The notes beneath the pieces were generated by a model. The model was not told the origin of the DNA, did not search any database, and saw nothing but the letters and a program-made list of their open reading frames with translations. A stretch of DNA of 50,811 bases, filler included, from Bipalium vagum (taxonomy: Eukaryota): assembly GCA_037834085.1 (NCBI GenBank). It is 3 parts of 3 records of this genome, joined end to end, with 100 filler letters (N's around TTAATTAATTAA, not from the genome) between each part and the next. Parts side by side here need not be neighbours in the genome. Positions count along the whole stretch, not along the records: positions 1 to 16,422 come from JBBMKC010111689.1; positions 16,523 to 34,047 come from JBBMKC010061978.1; 1 more part is not named here. One strand, written 5' to 3'. Below are positions 11,912-24,300 of the stretch, piece after piece. Position 1 is the stretch's first letter, and every line of letters starts with the position of its first letter. A program made the position numbers and the translations under genes.

Positions 11912-12964
11912 TCACATGGTTCGAGAGTATGGCGTGTTGCGATTACCCATCCGTTCCATACCTCCAGGACCGCTTCGCATCATTTTTCCGCCTCCACCTG
12001 CTCCACCTGAACCACGATTAGAGTCTAAATCGATAATCTATGGATTAAAAAAAATTTCGAAATTCACCAACCGAAACTGTTGTCGAATCCAATCGTTGGG
12101 TAATCGTCAGTAAATCCACTGTCATTTGCTCCGTTGAGGAACATTTGGTTAAAGGTGTTCATCCTCGGACCACCCTGACCACCTCGGTTTCCTCCTGATC
12201 CTCCACGATTCCCACCACGTCCTCGACCTACTCCTCCACCTCGTTGATTCATTTGCTGGTTCCGCATTCCACCGAATCCACCGTCATTCGGCCCACCCAT
12301 CAGTGGAGTGACCATTGGCATTTGGTTCATCGACTGCTCCCCTGGATCGGGCACCATGACTTTCTTTATTTCGGCAAGAGCGTACGAGATATTATAATAA
12401 GCTTCGGCAGGATTGCCTATGGAATCGATTTGCAAATGGAGTCTGTCTCGAAGATGGTTGTATTTCGGATCTCCAGAACCCAACAATTCTTGTTCCTTTT
12501 CCGGATTTCGCAACGATCCAGAACCCAAAATCGACATTTTTGTATTGGTTTGCTCCTGTACAGTTTTCAAGGTTTTCCCAGCGGGACCAAGTAATTTTCC
12601 CACGAAATTGACATTAGGATAAGCTTCTACTGGAATGTCGACTTTTGTCCTAACTTTGGTTTTTTTACTTGTCAACACGTCAACAGTGTCGATTACACCT
12701 CCTCGTAATCGAAAGAGCTCTTCAAAGATTATTATTACTCTTTCTCATTATATTAACAACTTTACCATTTCTGACCAGCATTGCAATGTTAGGACATGTG
12801 GCTTCATCAATTCCGTGTAATTCAGTTTCATAGGCATCAATTAATCCTTGAAATTGGTTTTCTCGCTTTGCTTGTTGTTGACTTCCTATCTGTTGGCCTG
12901 GTTGAGATGATTGTTGAAATTGAACTTCAGTGTTTTGAGAATAATCTTGAGTCTTTGCATCCAT
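11912..12964 (-). CDS. KHDRBS: STAR/GSG-family KH RNA-binding protein, KHDRBS (Sam68/SLM)-like, ~319 aa
   Basis: Exons 12964-12766, 12719-12072 and 12024-11912, with 46- and 47-nt GT-AG introns, join in frame. Maxi-KH motifs IPVEAYPNVNFVGKLLGPAGKTLK, LGSGSLR and GDPKYNHL are present, followed by an RGG-rich region and a C-terminal RNTPY (PY-NLS-like) as in Sam68. Confidence 0.92.
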
Positions 12965-13599
12965 TTTAAAATAAAATGAAATCGAAACCTGAACGCTAAA
13001 TAAATAGATTGACTGATTCAAACAAGCAATAAAAAATAAAATAAATTTATAATTTTGTAACTTATAATACACAAAATTATACTTTTATATTTTTAATAAC
13101 AATTTTAATTTATTAATAATATTTCCGTTCTAAGATATATCTCTATAGGTCTTGTACAATTTTTTACGTTAAAATCTCGATTGAGTTAATTTTTGAGTAA
13201 ATTATAAATTAATTAAAAATAAACTTTGCAAAGATATTTTTTATAAAACTTAAAAACCTTCTGTCTTTAATTATATAAAAACTACTTATTTGAGTCTCAT
13301 TTCTACTTACTAAGTATGTTACATAAAAGAAAACCAAACAATAAGTATATCTTTAAGGTTAGAAAAGTTCACTTTTACCCTCAAAGTTGTTCTGAAAACA
13401 ACTTTAAAGCAATTATGAATAAGATCAGTATAGAAATTTCTAAAAATTTACTACCAGTAAAATATTTTACTATTCAATTTTCTGATAAATTGATTATTAT
13501 TAAATTATGTGAATTAATGTGCACCACATGAAAGTTATGTGCAGCATATAAAAATCCGGCCTCTAATTATTAAACATCATTAGTTTTTTTCATTTTCTT

Positions 13600-14190
13600 A
13601 ATAATGATTGAAAATATGTAGGAATCCAATTCTTAATGGATGTTTGTCAGTAACTCCAGGCTGACTTTGACATGGATTTCGTGAGGTTTTCTTTACAACT
13701 GATGATCTTTCTAAAGAAAAATGAATGAATTCGTTTAAATAAATTGTAATGCCACATTGGTCATTTAATACCTCGTTATGCTCATTTTCAGATATATATA
13801 TATATATCATTAATATGTTAAAAGATTTCTTTATCTGAAATGATCAGTTATTATTTATTTAAGTTAATAAAACCATTGTTTTTGAATTTTCTGTGACTCT
13901 GGATATCAGATTTGTATTACAAATTTTTTAGCAAGGCTCAGTTCTACTGTAGTGTAACAATCTTTGGTAGAATAATATTTCCAGTCAAAAAATTGTAGGG
14001 TATGGCCCCAATTTCTTGATTTTAATGTTGTCTCTATCAATTTCTTCGCTTAAAATTTTTTTATGGACTTGGTATGAAATTTTTTGGCTTCTGATCTTCT
14101 CTCTTATTTTTCTTCTGAAGCTTTCGAGTAAATTAGTTTGAAATTTAGGCACTACAAATTTTCGAAGATAACTTCAATAATTGACAAGTC
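13600..14190 (-). mobile_element. Highly decayed Tc1/maT-like transposase relic
   Basis: LNEFIHFSLERSSVVKKTSRNP..HPL weakly resembles SDEAHF.L.G.VNKQN.R.W...NP...PL. Weak evidence. Confidence 0.3.
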
Positions 14191-14319
14191 TCAATAAAAA
14201 TCTTTATTTAAACACACAATAAAATCCCGTCTCAGTGAAATTAAACATAAAAATATGGTTAATTAATTGATCTAAGAATAGAAAATATTTAATAGGGGTG
14301 TTATTATTATTATAATTAT

Positions 14320-15302
14320 TGTGGAGATTCCCAGGCCCGGTCCCAAATTCCGTCCAAAACTCAGTCTCAAATTCTCTAAAAAACAAAAAATGACAATATA
14401 ATGATTTGAAAAAAAATCTAGTGTTTTAGTATTTTTTAATGTTCTTTTTATATATTTGTGTTTTTGTGTCGTTTACAAATATAATTTTATTTTTATGTAA
14501 AGTTAAAACCTGGAGTTTAATTAATTTCCTTCCTACCTGTTTAAAATATAAAATGAAATATGAAATATAAAACTATAATAAAAATAATGATTAATTTATA
14601 AAATATTTTGAAAAATTTGTTTAGTAACATAAAGTTACTATAATTAAAAATACAAAAAATAAAATAATATAAATACTGAAGTGTTTCAGTGTCAAAACAC
14701 ACAAAATAAACACGAAAATGAGTTAAAAATAACAACTCCAAAGAGACAAAAACCCGACGAATTCCAGAGGAAACCAACAAAACAAAGATAAATAATATTT
14801 GGACAGTAACCAGCTACACGAAAACAGATTTTGAATCTACGAACAATATTCGGAACTCGGAGAACACTATTCAGACGAAAATAAACCAGAAGAAAGTAAT
14901 CAGACGATAAGCTAGAATTCGAAAAGGAAAGGACAAATAACGGATCATAAAACAATCAGTCTCGGGTTCCAGCTTCAAGGAGAAAAACTTCAACACTTAG
15001 TAAATTACTTTATTGTGATAAGTTTATTAGATTTGACTACAAATCTAAATAGACTTTTATTGTTATTAAATTAAATAAAAATAAAATAAATTTTGGGTTT
15101 CACACTGCTCGCATGTGAACCGATAACCAAGTAAATAATATTAATTCAAAATAAAAATTAAAAAATTAAAATTCGATTAAGAATTATAAGTTATTAATTA
15201 AATTAAATAAATATTAAGGACAGCTACTCCAATACCTTAGCATCAAATAATTGTTATCTTTTTTCTTACTTCTCAGTATTTTCTTTTTTTGTGTTCTCCA
15301 CG
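14320..15302 (+). repeat. Possible solo LTR
   Basis: Starts TGTGGAGA directly after a (TTA)n tract, with a near-inverse TCTCCACG at 15295-15302. Contains an Inr-like TCAGTC (~14955) and AATAAA. No second copy in the window. Confidence 0.3.
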
Positions 15303-15907
15303 TCTAGTAGGACGTAGAACCGAATTTTAAACTGAGGGCCCTTGAGAGTAAGATACCGAAGGGTGACCTGACTTTTCTTTTAACTCTTTATCTCAGGTTT
15401 TAACTCCAAAGTAAAATGTACTAAAAAATAAAATTGTTAGATTTATATCAAATATATTTTATAAAACAATTTGTTAACTCAGTTGATCTTTTAAAAGTTT
15501 ATTGTTGTAAAAGCTAAAAAGTTTAAAAAGTTCAACGTTTGTAATCAATATTTTTATTCAAATTGTTACTAATATACTAAAACGTAGTAACTTGTGCTCG
15601 TCTGCTCGTGACTCCTCACTTTTTTTAACTCGTTGTGTTCGTAATTCCTCTCAACCTTTTTGAATTTAAACTACCCACCACAATACCTTATCCGCACCCT
15701 TAAGAACCAATTCGAAATATTTTAAATAAAACTTTATTTGTACTAACATAACAATTACAATTGCTAAATCGGTTCAAATCACAAAAAAACGTTATTAAGG
15801 GTAGAATAAAATCACATTCAAGGATTACATTAATGCTGAAATCGAATCAATAATAATAATAAATTAATAATAAAATTGAGAAATGAATACAAAAATAAAT
15901 AAATCGG

Positions 15908-15995
15908 TCTCACCAAGAGCGACAATGGATCCCCGGGTCACCCTCTAACCCTTCTCAGGTCGCCTAGGGGTTCCCAAGCTCGCTGGGTCCCTTGT
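15908..15995 (+). repeat. GC-rich hairpin repeat family B, copy 1
   Basis: Reverse-complement homolog of 34206-34296. Confidence 0.75.
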
Positions 15996-16071
15996 AAAAA
16001 TCTGGCTGCATAATTGAGAATAAATTCGGCTGCATCATTAATGATTACTTCGGGGTTTCGTCTTCGACTTT

Positions 16072-16195
16072 TAGAGTTCTGCTTTTTCTGGCTTCTCTGG
16101 TTTCTCTGGTTTCTCTGGCTTCCCTGACTTTTCTGGTTTTTCGGCTTTTCCTTTCGGGTTTTTTGGCTTTACTGGTTTTTCTTTTTTCTGGCCAT
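16072..16195 (-). repeat. Degenerate 9-bp tandem repeat reading (KPE)n on the minus strand
   Basis: Translates to QKKEKPVKPKNPKGKAEKPEKSGKPEKPEKPEKPEKAEL*, with AAG/AAA and GAG/GAA variation between units. Confidence 0.6.
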
Positions 16196-16422
16196 TAAAG
16201 GGAATAGCCGTCTCCTTTTACAATACCGTCCATATGTTTTGGGCCACCCTGTAAATATCGAAATAATTCTAGATTACAAATTATATTAAAAGCTTTATGA
16301 TTTTAACTATGTTAATTTAGAAATATGTTTATGTTAGCTTTAAAACTCATTAAAAAATTATTTTAAAAAAATTATTGTATAATTATTAAAATAGATTTGT
16401 TATGTTAAGGCGTTTTTTAAAT

Positions 16423-16522
16423 NNNNNNNNNNNNNNNNNNNNNNNNNNNNNNNNNNNNNNNNNNNNTTAATTAATTAANNNNNNNNNNNNNNNNNNNNNN
16501 NNNNNNNNNNNNNNNNNNNNNN
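16423..16522. other. Artificial assembly spacer N44-TTAATTAATTAA-N44
   Basis: Exactly 100 bp. The 12-mer puts stops in all six frames, and an identical spacer occurs at 34048-34147. Confidence 0.95.
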
Positions 16523-16742
16523 AATATACATAATTACAGACTTTTCCTTTACACCATTCTATATGAGTCTCACTACTTATTGGGCGCACCACGTATATTC
16601 ATTAGAATAAATAAACTTATTTCGCGTTGGCAGGAATATGTTGCTCGCCATGGCTCATATTTTGAGAAAAACGCTTTCTTTTCTTATCAGATTTTAATAC
16701 TTTTCTCGGTTATAAAACGCAAGTATTTTCTTACAGGTCTGA
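16523..16742. mobile_element. Nested mariner ends: TIR of one family abutting the transposase C-terminus of another
   Basis: CTCACTACTTATTGGGCGCACCACGTA (~16570-16596) matches the TIR at ~40146-40172. It is followed by INKLISRWQEYVARHGSYFE, a mariner C-terminus. Confidence 0.7.
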
Positions 16743-16925
16743 TGATGCAGCAACCATTTTTTAAGGTAATATATTTAATTAATAAATCATAAAATAAATA
16801 TAAGATTCGATATCAATATTTTTATTTTCGAGGGAATTTTATTATTTCAAAAGCACAATATATTAAATTTCGAAAAGAAAATCGATAAAAATGATAAGGT
16901 ATTAATTTGTAAACTTTTAGTATTA

Positions 16926-18075
16926 TAGCATTTTTACATTGAAAAAGTATTTTTACAAATTGAAATAGTCACATCGGAAAATTAATTTTATCCTGTTTTT
17001 ATATTTACTTATTTGTTTTTTTATTTTGAAATCTGATGATGGTTAATTTATAAATTGCGGTGGGTAAAACGCACGTTAACAATGATCTTCGTCGAATAAT
17101 TAACGAAAAGTTAGAAGGAAACTGTGAAAAGGTAACGAAAGATGTGCATCTTTGTAGATAAGCGGTAAAAAGTAGAGTTAGGCAATACAGAAAACCGGTC
17201 ATTTTGGTAAAAATGAAAAACGCGGTCTCAGACAAAAGAAAATAAACGAAGTGCAAAGCAATTTTATTGAAAGGTTAATTGAAATTCGAAAAGGTATTAC
17301 GCTAAAAGAAATCCAGCAAATCTATAAGGCGAATTTCAAGATTAATATTTTTATTTCATGTATTCATAATCATCTTGATGAGCTTCTTATTACTCTGAAT
17401 CGTAGTGACAGGGTAAATGATGAGGTTAGACTCGATTTGTGTGCCGAATATGCAAAATTTTTTATGACACAGGCCTCCATTGATCACAAAAATATTTTTG
17501 TGGATGAGTGCTGATTCAATTTGCACCTCAGAAGAAACTACGGAAGAAACCGTGCCGATAATCGAGTTTTCCAACTGTGCGCGGACGAAATATGACTTTG
17601 TTGGCTGCAATAAATTGGTTGTACCAGTAATATATTTCAAGAATTTCTTAAAGACCTCGATGAGTTATTAGTCCAGGATCAAAAAATTTCAAATGACTGT
17701 ATTTTCATGGAAGGCCACATACTGCTAAAACATCAGTTTATGTAATGGAATCTTTAACAAACTTGACAAAGTTTATTTCTCCATACTTTTATATGCTAAA
17801 TCGATAGAATTTGGGTTCAGTAAAATTAAAGGAATTGTTCGGAAATTATTGTCTGAGCCAATCAATGATTTACATCATTTGATTCCCAAAGCTCTCGGAC
17901 AGATAACTACAGTTAACTGTAATGATTGGTTCCGATTAATAATGAAAAACTGCTCTATAGCAATGATCAAACACAAATTTTATTAAATAATTTTTTATGC
18001 TTTATTTAAATATTTATAATTGAATTTTTTGTGACTATTTCAATTTGTAAAATGACTTTCAATGTAAAAATGCTA
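16926..18075 (+). mobile_element. IS630/Tc1-like (DDE_3-type) defective transposon with ~48-bp TIRs
   Basis: TIRs TAGCATTTTTACATTGAAA..TTTTACAAATTGAAATAGTCACA (16926-16973) and the inverse (~18030-18075), with TA flanks. Broken transposase with ITLKEIQ, IFVDEC*FNL and FISPY..MLN.IEF.FSKIK. Confidence 0.88.
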
Positions 18076-18299
18076 TATAATAAATATGTTTTTGTTTTAA
18101 AAAATTGAATTAAATATTCTTAACAAAAAAAACTAATTTCACAAAGTTATTTAATACTACGAAATTAAAATAATAATAAAAATATTATACAAAACCAAAA
18201 CATAATAAAGAATCATTACATTTCTTAAAATATATTGTAATAATTTAATATATAATACGTATACTCATGTTCAATAAAACGAGGCACTAAAACTGAACA

Positions 18300-19050
18300 A
18301 ATCAAATTATCAAATTGCATAAAATAAATAAAATTACAAAGAAACCATGTAGAGAAGTCATGTCGCCATATCTTTCTGACTACTTTGAAGTTTGTTTATT
18401 AATGGAAATAATATGGGTTTCAGAATTTTACCGATCATTAAAATTATCTCTGATAAATATAAGGTGTGACTAGAATGCAAAGCATCTGGTCACCGCAGTA
18501 TAATTCCCGGTGAAACTGCCTTGTGATTATTAAAATCAAATCACGATGTTTTCGTTCGCTACACTAAAATTTCCTCGTCAAGCGTCCATAACTTTACCAT
18601 AAACAGAATCTTTATTCATCACTAAAGATTATGCGACACCATTCGCTAATCTAATTTTGTCTTTCTAGAAGCCAGCTAAGTCTCGCGATCTTTATAATAA
18701 GATGCCAATGATTAAGATTGCTTTTGAGTGCATATCAATAATACTCAATCTTCGATATGTAGTGCTGAAGGTCACCTTTATTTTGAGGTTCTTTTTCAAT
18801 TTGTCTTTTTTTTTTGTGATCGGTAAAAATCTAACACCTAGTTTCACGACGTTCATGGAATCTTCGATGTTGTCCACTCACACTGCGACAATGCTGTAAG
18901 TCTTCCTCACAACACGCATTTCATGACCGTAAAATAATAGAATGATATTTTCCCAAAAGTCTTATGATTTATCCGAAACTTATTCCATCTCCATGAAGTC
19001 CTACCATTAGACCTCTTTCAAAGTCTGATAGTTGGATGAAATTTTGTTTT
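18300..19050 (-). mobile_element. Degenerate Tc1-family element
   Basis: N-terminus IQLSDFERGLMVGLHGDGISFG*I matches the Tc1/Tc3 LS.FERG.I.GL...G.S motif. The remainder is frameshifted. Confidence 0.7.
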
Positions 19051-21351
19051 TCTTATTCAATTTATATTGCTAAATGTAATATGAGTACTTCTTATCATCC
19101 ATAAATTGTTTATTTACCTATACTTAAATAATGTATATACACAAATTTGTATATCTAACTAAACAACAGATGCAATAATTCCTATGCAATTCATTAAAAA
19201 AATAATTTCATTGAAAATTATATTTATATGTAACATCCTATTTATTCATCGTTATATAAAATTTTATCATATTATGTTTATAATTATAAATTTCTTTTTT
19301 AATTAAAAAAGATTTTAACTTCACAAAATCATATTTTCATTTTACATAATGAATGATGTTATATCAAAATAGGAAATGATCTCTAAAAACATAAATAGAC
19401 CTGCAGACAAATAATTTTAAAAATTTTAAATACATTATACAATTCTAAATCTAGACCCCTTAAAACAATAATATTGTCATTATGATCACTAAATAAATAT
19501 TATCTTTAAAAACTTACATTAAGCATTGTTGGCGTACACTGGATACTTTCAAAAAAACTAAATTTTTTGGTTATATATTTAAAATTTATTCAATGTAATG
19601 AAATTATTGATAACAAAATTCTATTATTTCGTTTTTATGATTCCTAGTTTAATTTTTATTTTCATTATTAATTTAAACAATTCTGGAATATTTTTATATG
19701 ATAACAGAAAATTTTTCCTTCTGTTGCTAAAGAACATAACTTAAATTGAAAAGATTCTAAATAAAGAATTCCATTGAGAAATATTAGAAAAATCAAAATA
19801 CAAGAATAAGATAATTTAGTAAATAAAAAATCTCTAAAATTTGAATAATAATCTTAATGAAAAGACTATTAAGCCACTCCTAAATTATACAGTTAAAATA
19901 AAAAGAATCTTAAAAATTAAAAAGTTTTGAAATTCGGAAATCATTTAAAATGAAGATGAAAAGTTAGATAATATTAAACATTTTAAACAAAAATTGATAT
20001 GAATATAAAGAATTTTAAATATATCGCCAAAAAAAAAGAAAACTTAATATAAAAAATATTTTAAGAAAAAATAATATAAATTTTAGTTAGAATATTTCAT
20101 TCATTCAATTAAGTAATCAGAATTATACTGTAACATAAATACCATCCAATTAGAATACAATGTCAATCATAAACCATACAATCATATAAAACAATCAATA
20201 CAATATAGTATAATTTCCGAATGAGTTTAAAATAATATGCAACGTTCTTATTAAAAAATTGAATCTAGATTAACAAATTAGGTAACGTGGTTAATGGGTG
20301 TAATATGTTATTTGTTAAGAGTCAGAAACTTGTGAAAACAGCTCTACAAATTAAAGGTATCAATAGAGAGTACAAAAATTCATAAATAATTTCTCTCTGG
20401 AATCCTTAAATTATTTGTAAATTCATTTCGTTTTACTTTGTTAAGGATCAAATCCGTAATAAAAATATTTTTGCATTAAAATTCTCAAGAAGCATAAGAT
20501 ATCTGTAAGCATTGAGTTTTCAAAAACCCTTTTCATTTAAAACAAACCTAATTATGTTCACATTAATTATTGTCGGGTATTAATTATCAATCGGGTATTT
20601 ATGAATTAGTAAATTAATAGTGATGGGTTATTTAAACTAAAATTGTCAAAAATACAAAAACCAGTGACATTTCCGGACTTGGCTTTATTATTGTTTATAA
20701 TTGTGAAAGATATACATATATATTACCAAATCCATCTGTAAACAACCTGTTTTGTAATTTACATTAGAAATAATAATATTGCGACATGTAAATAAGCACA
20801 ATCGGTAATAAAAATGAGACAATTTGAATGTAAGTGCATATATAAACAGAATTTTCTGTGTTAATATATTAACATTAATAAATAGATGCTATCGGTGACT
20901 GAATTGATCATACTACATGTTTAGATAAATTACAATTACTACGACAAAGTATTTAAACAAATCAAAACCAATGTCCTTGGTGGGAAAAATATTAAAATTG
21001 TTGAATTTGAGGACATGAAACCATTAAAAGGAACAAAGATAAAAAATGATCACTCGAATAAAATTGGAAATTTTTCTTATTGATTAGAATAGAATTCATT
21101 TCACTTTCACACTACATTGAAAAATTATTATTGAAGGCGTCAAAGGTTAGCACAAATTTCTTTCCTTTTAACTTTTATTTTCAATTGGCTGACACGTAAA
21201 ATAAAATTTTAATACGAATTATAAGTCAATTATTAAAAAATATAATTAAATATTGATTTTGTTACGTGACTTAATTTTTTTATTAATTAGAAACCATTAT
21301 TTCTGACATTAATCATTAATGTAAATAATGAAAAAATCACAAAAATTATAC

Positions 21352-24300
21352 CATTATTTTTGCTTGCTCTCTGTATTGTAAGATGGGAAAACAGACATTT
21401 ACTGTGTCTCAAGTCGACCAATACAAATCCATAAGTGCATCCCACAGCCAACAGGTCCCAAGAAGGTTGAAATGCCACAGCCGTAATTGGTAACATCGGA
21501 TTGAGAATAACAATACAACTTAGCTTATGTAATTTGTTAGTGATCTCAAATTGGTCCAATAACTAAATATCATATTTTATATTAAAATTGGCAGTCAATC
21601 ATGCTTTTTATATTACTTCCGGGTTTTCAGCTTCAATCCAGTTTATTCCTTCCTTATCAAAATCACAAACTATTTTAATTAAGTTTTCTTTCGTGTCTGT
21701 ACCATCGTATTTGAAAATTAATGCTGTTCCAGAAGCATTCCCGACAATGCAAAATAATAATTCATTGGAAAAATTGTCTGAACTATGCAACATTAATTGC
21801 ATAGTAGTAATTTGCAACATTTCATCTTCTGATTCTTGTATTTGATGACCTACCTTTTTACGTGTTGTTGTCAAACCGACAGAGAAATCAGACTAATCAA
21901 TAAGAAAATAAAATATATAGAAATACTGATTCTTCTTTTTTATTTTAACACATAATTATATACCACCCGATATTTTTTTATGATTTTAGGTAAAAAAATC
22001 AAAACAAGAGGTGATATAAATTACAAGCAGTGTTTAAAATTAATATAAAGAAAAAACTTAATTAAATAACTTATATTTCATTTATAGTATATTATTATTA
22101 GTCGTATTTATATTATTTTTATTAGACGAAAAAATAAATTTAACGCAAAATTATGAACGAAAGATTTGCGAATTGATAAAAGATAGACACAACTAGAGAA
22201 TAAAATCCAAACACGCAAAAGTAAAACCAAGTGGGACATTTTAATAATTTAATTACGTTGCAGTTTTTTTTCAAGATTTTTTTAACCAACAGGGGTAAGA
22301 AAACATAATCCATATCCATTGACAAAGGTGAACAAGCTTCATAGAATGGTGGTGTGTTCTTATCTAAAATTTCATAAAGTTATATATATCATTTCTGGAT
22401 TACAATGGTTACTTCTGATTAGAAATTGTTAAATAACAAAATAACAAACAAACTCACCATTGATTGGCAGTGTGGTTTTGCACACTCCAAGAATAATAAT
22501 TCTACCGACAAAGATCGTACTTTAAGTGTTGTTGAATGTTCAAATGCCTGTTAGATAAAAACTGCTGATTTGTATGTACATCAGACGGGTAGAGTAAAAA
22601 ATAATATCCTTTGGAACCGCCTATTATCCACAAAAATAAGGTTTGCATAATAATGCAAATCAAAACACCACAAAAGTCACCAGTGAAGAAAATCTGCGAA
22701 TTGTAATTGGAAGTGTGTTACCACATTCCATAGCTCCCGAAATTTCTCCAAATAATTACTAGTTCTCTAAGAAATCACTTTCAGCAAAAGGCAATCCAAA
22801 ATAGAAAAAGATTGAAATGAAAGTTTGAAAATTATTTTGCTTCTAAAGATTCACAATTCGATCAAAAGAATTTATAGACTATTATTACCCTGATAGAAAA
22901 ATGTTAATTGTGAGGGAAATTATTTTAAGAAATAAAAATTTATCAAAATACATTTGTGTTTTTAGTGGGTTTGTAATATATGAATTTTTAAATTACACGA
23001 ATTTTATTAGTTACCTTATAAATATATCTTCCCCCCAATCAAAATCTTTCAAAATATCAGGAATGGTATCAGTTTGAAAAAAGGTAATTTCATTGTTTAA
23101 CAAAAAAATTATGTTAACAAAACATCAACAATAGACATTTCAATTTTATCTATCAAACAAGAACCATACCGAATTTGGAGGTTGATTAAACAGATCCGAA
23201 CTTTCAACTTTGACCAACAAATGTAACACACCGAAATTCATCACTTGCCAAATACAAATGGAGCCATTTGCATGACCGGTACCTATAATATCTATCATAT
23301 TGTCTTCATCAGCTTTTTCACTGGACTCAGCAGTTTTGTTAAGGGGCCAGTTTTTAAATATTTCACTTATTGTTTGAGAATTGGTAAATTTTAACGAAGG
23401 GACCTTAAAAATAAATTACAATTAGTTATAATATGAAGACAATGATTTTTAATTTTTTTTCAATTAATAATATACTAATAAATTGATATAGCATACTAAT
23501 ACTTCAATTCTAAAGCATAGAAACTGTTTTACGCAGTAAAAAAATATGACGAAAAACATTTTATCAATTTCTTTTTTCATTATAACAATTATGAGTGAAT
23601 TTTTAATTTCAGTCAAATATTAATTCAATATCACCTAATTACCCAAACGCAATTACTCAACTTTATTATTTTTTATTATTATAAACTCAAAATATGTCTG
23701 AAAGACGAAAATTGCATAATCTTATTTTAAATTTATTATTTTTAAAATTGAAATGAGGAGAAATCAATAACCTCTTATTCGAAAACTATAAGTACGAGAA
23801 TTAAATCATAATTCTATTTTAAAATTCGACCAAAACATTACTCATAAATTAAGCTGAACCACAAACTGAACAACACATGGTGGGTTTTAATATATTTTTT
23901 TCAATTATTAGTTAGAATAATGCTTAAAATTTTTAATTATTTCTGTGTAATTTAAAAATTTTACATTTTTAATTCTGCTGTTAATTTCCTGTTAGATTTC
24001 TTATTGAAGTGCTGATCAAATTGTGTCATCATAGACTCTTATTTTAATTTATTCTTTTGTCTTTCTTTAAATAGCATTCATTATTCGAAAACAGAAAAGA
24101 TTTGAAAAGAGCCAATTCATTCAAATTCCTTTTCTTTTGACACGAACACAATTATGCAATTTTCTTTCTTTTTATCCCAATATAATAAATATTAACCAGA
24201 AGAGTATTCATAAGAAATAGCTTATACATTTTGCAGCAATAATGACAGACATAGTTTACGTAAAAGACGTTCGCTATGGTTGTCATTTTGGAAAAAATTT

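Noticed and set aside
11793-12820. Several plus-strand ORFs
   Set aside because: Antisense to the KHDRBS exons.
16467-16478. Palindromic TTAATTAATTAA occurring twice (also 34092-34103)
   Set aside because: Centred in identical 100-bp N spacers with stops in six frames, so it is an assembly linker and not biology.
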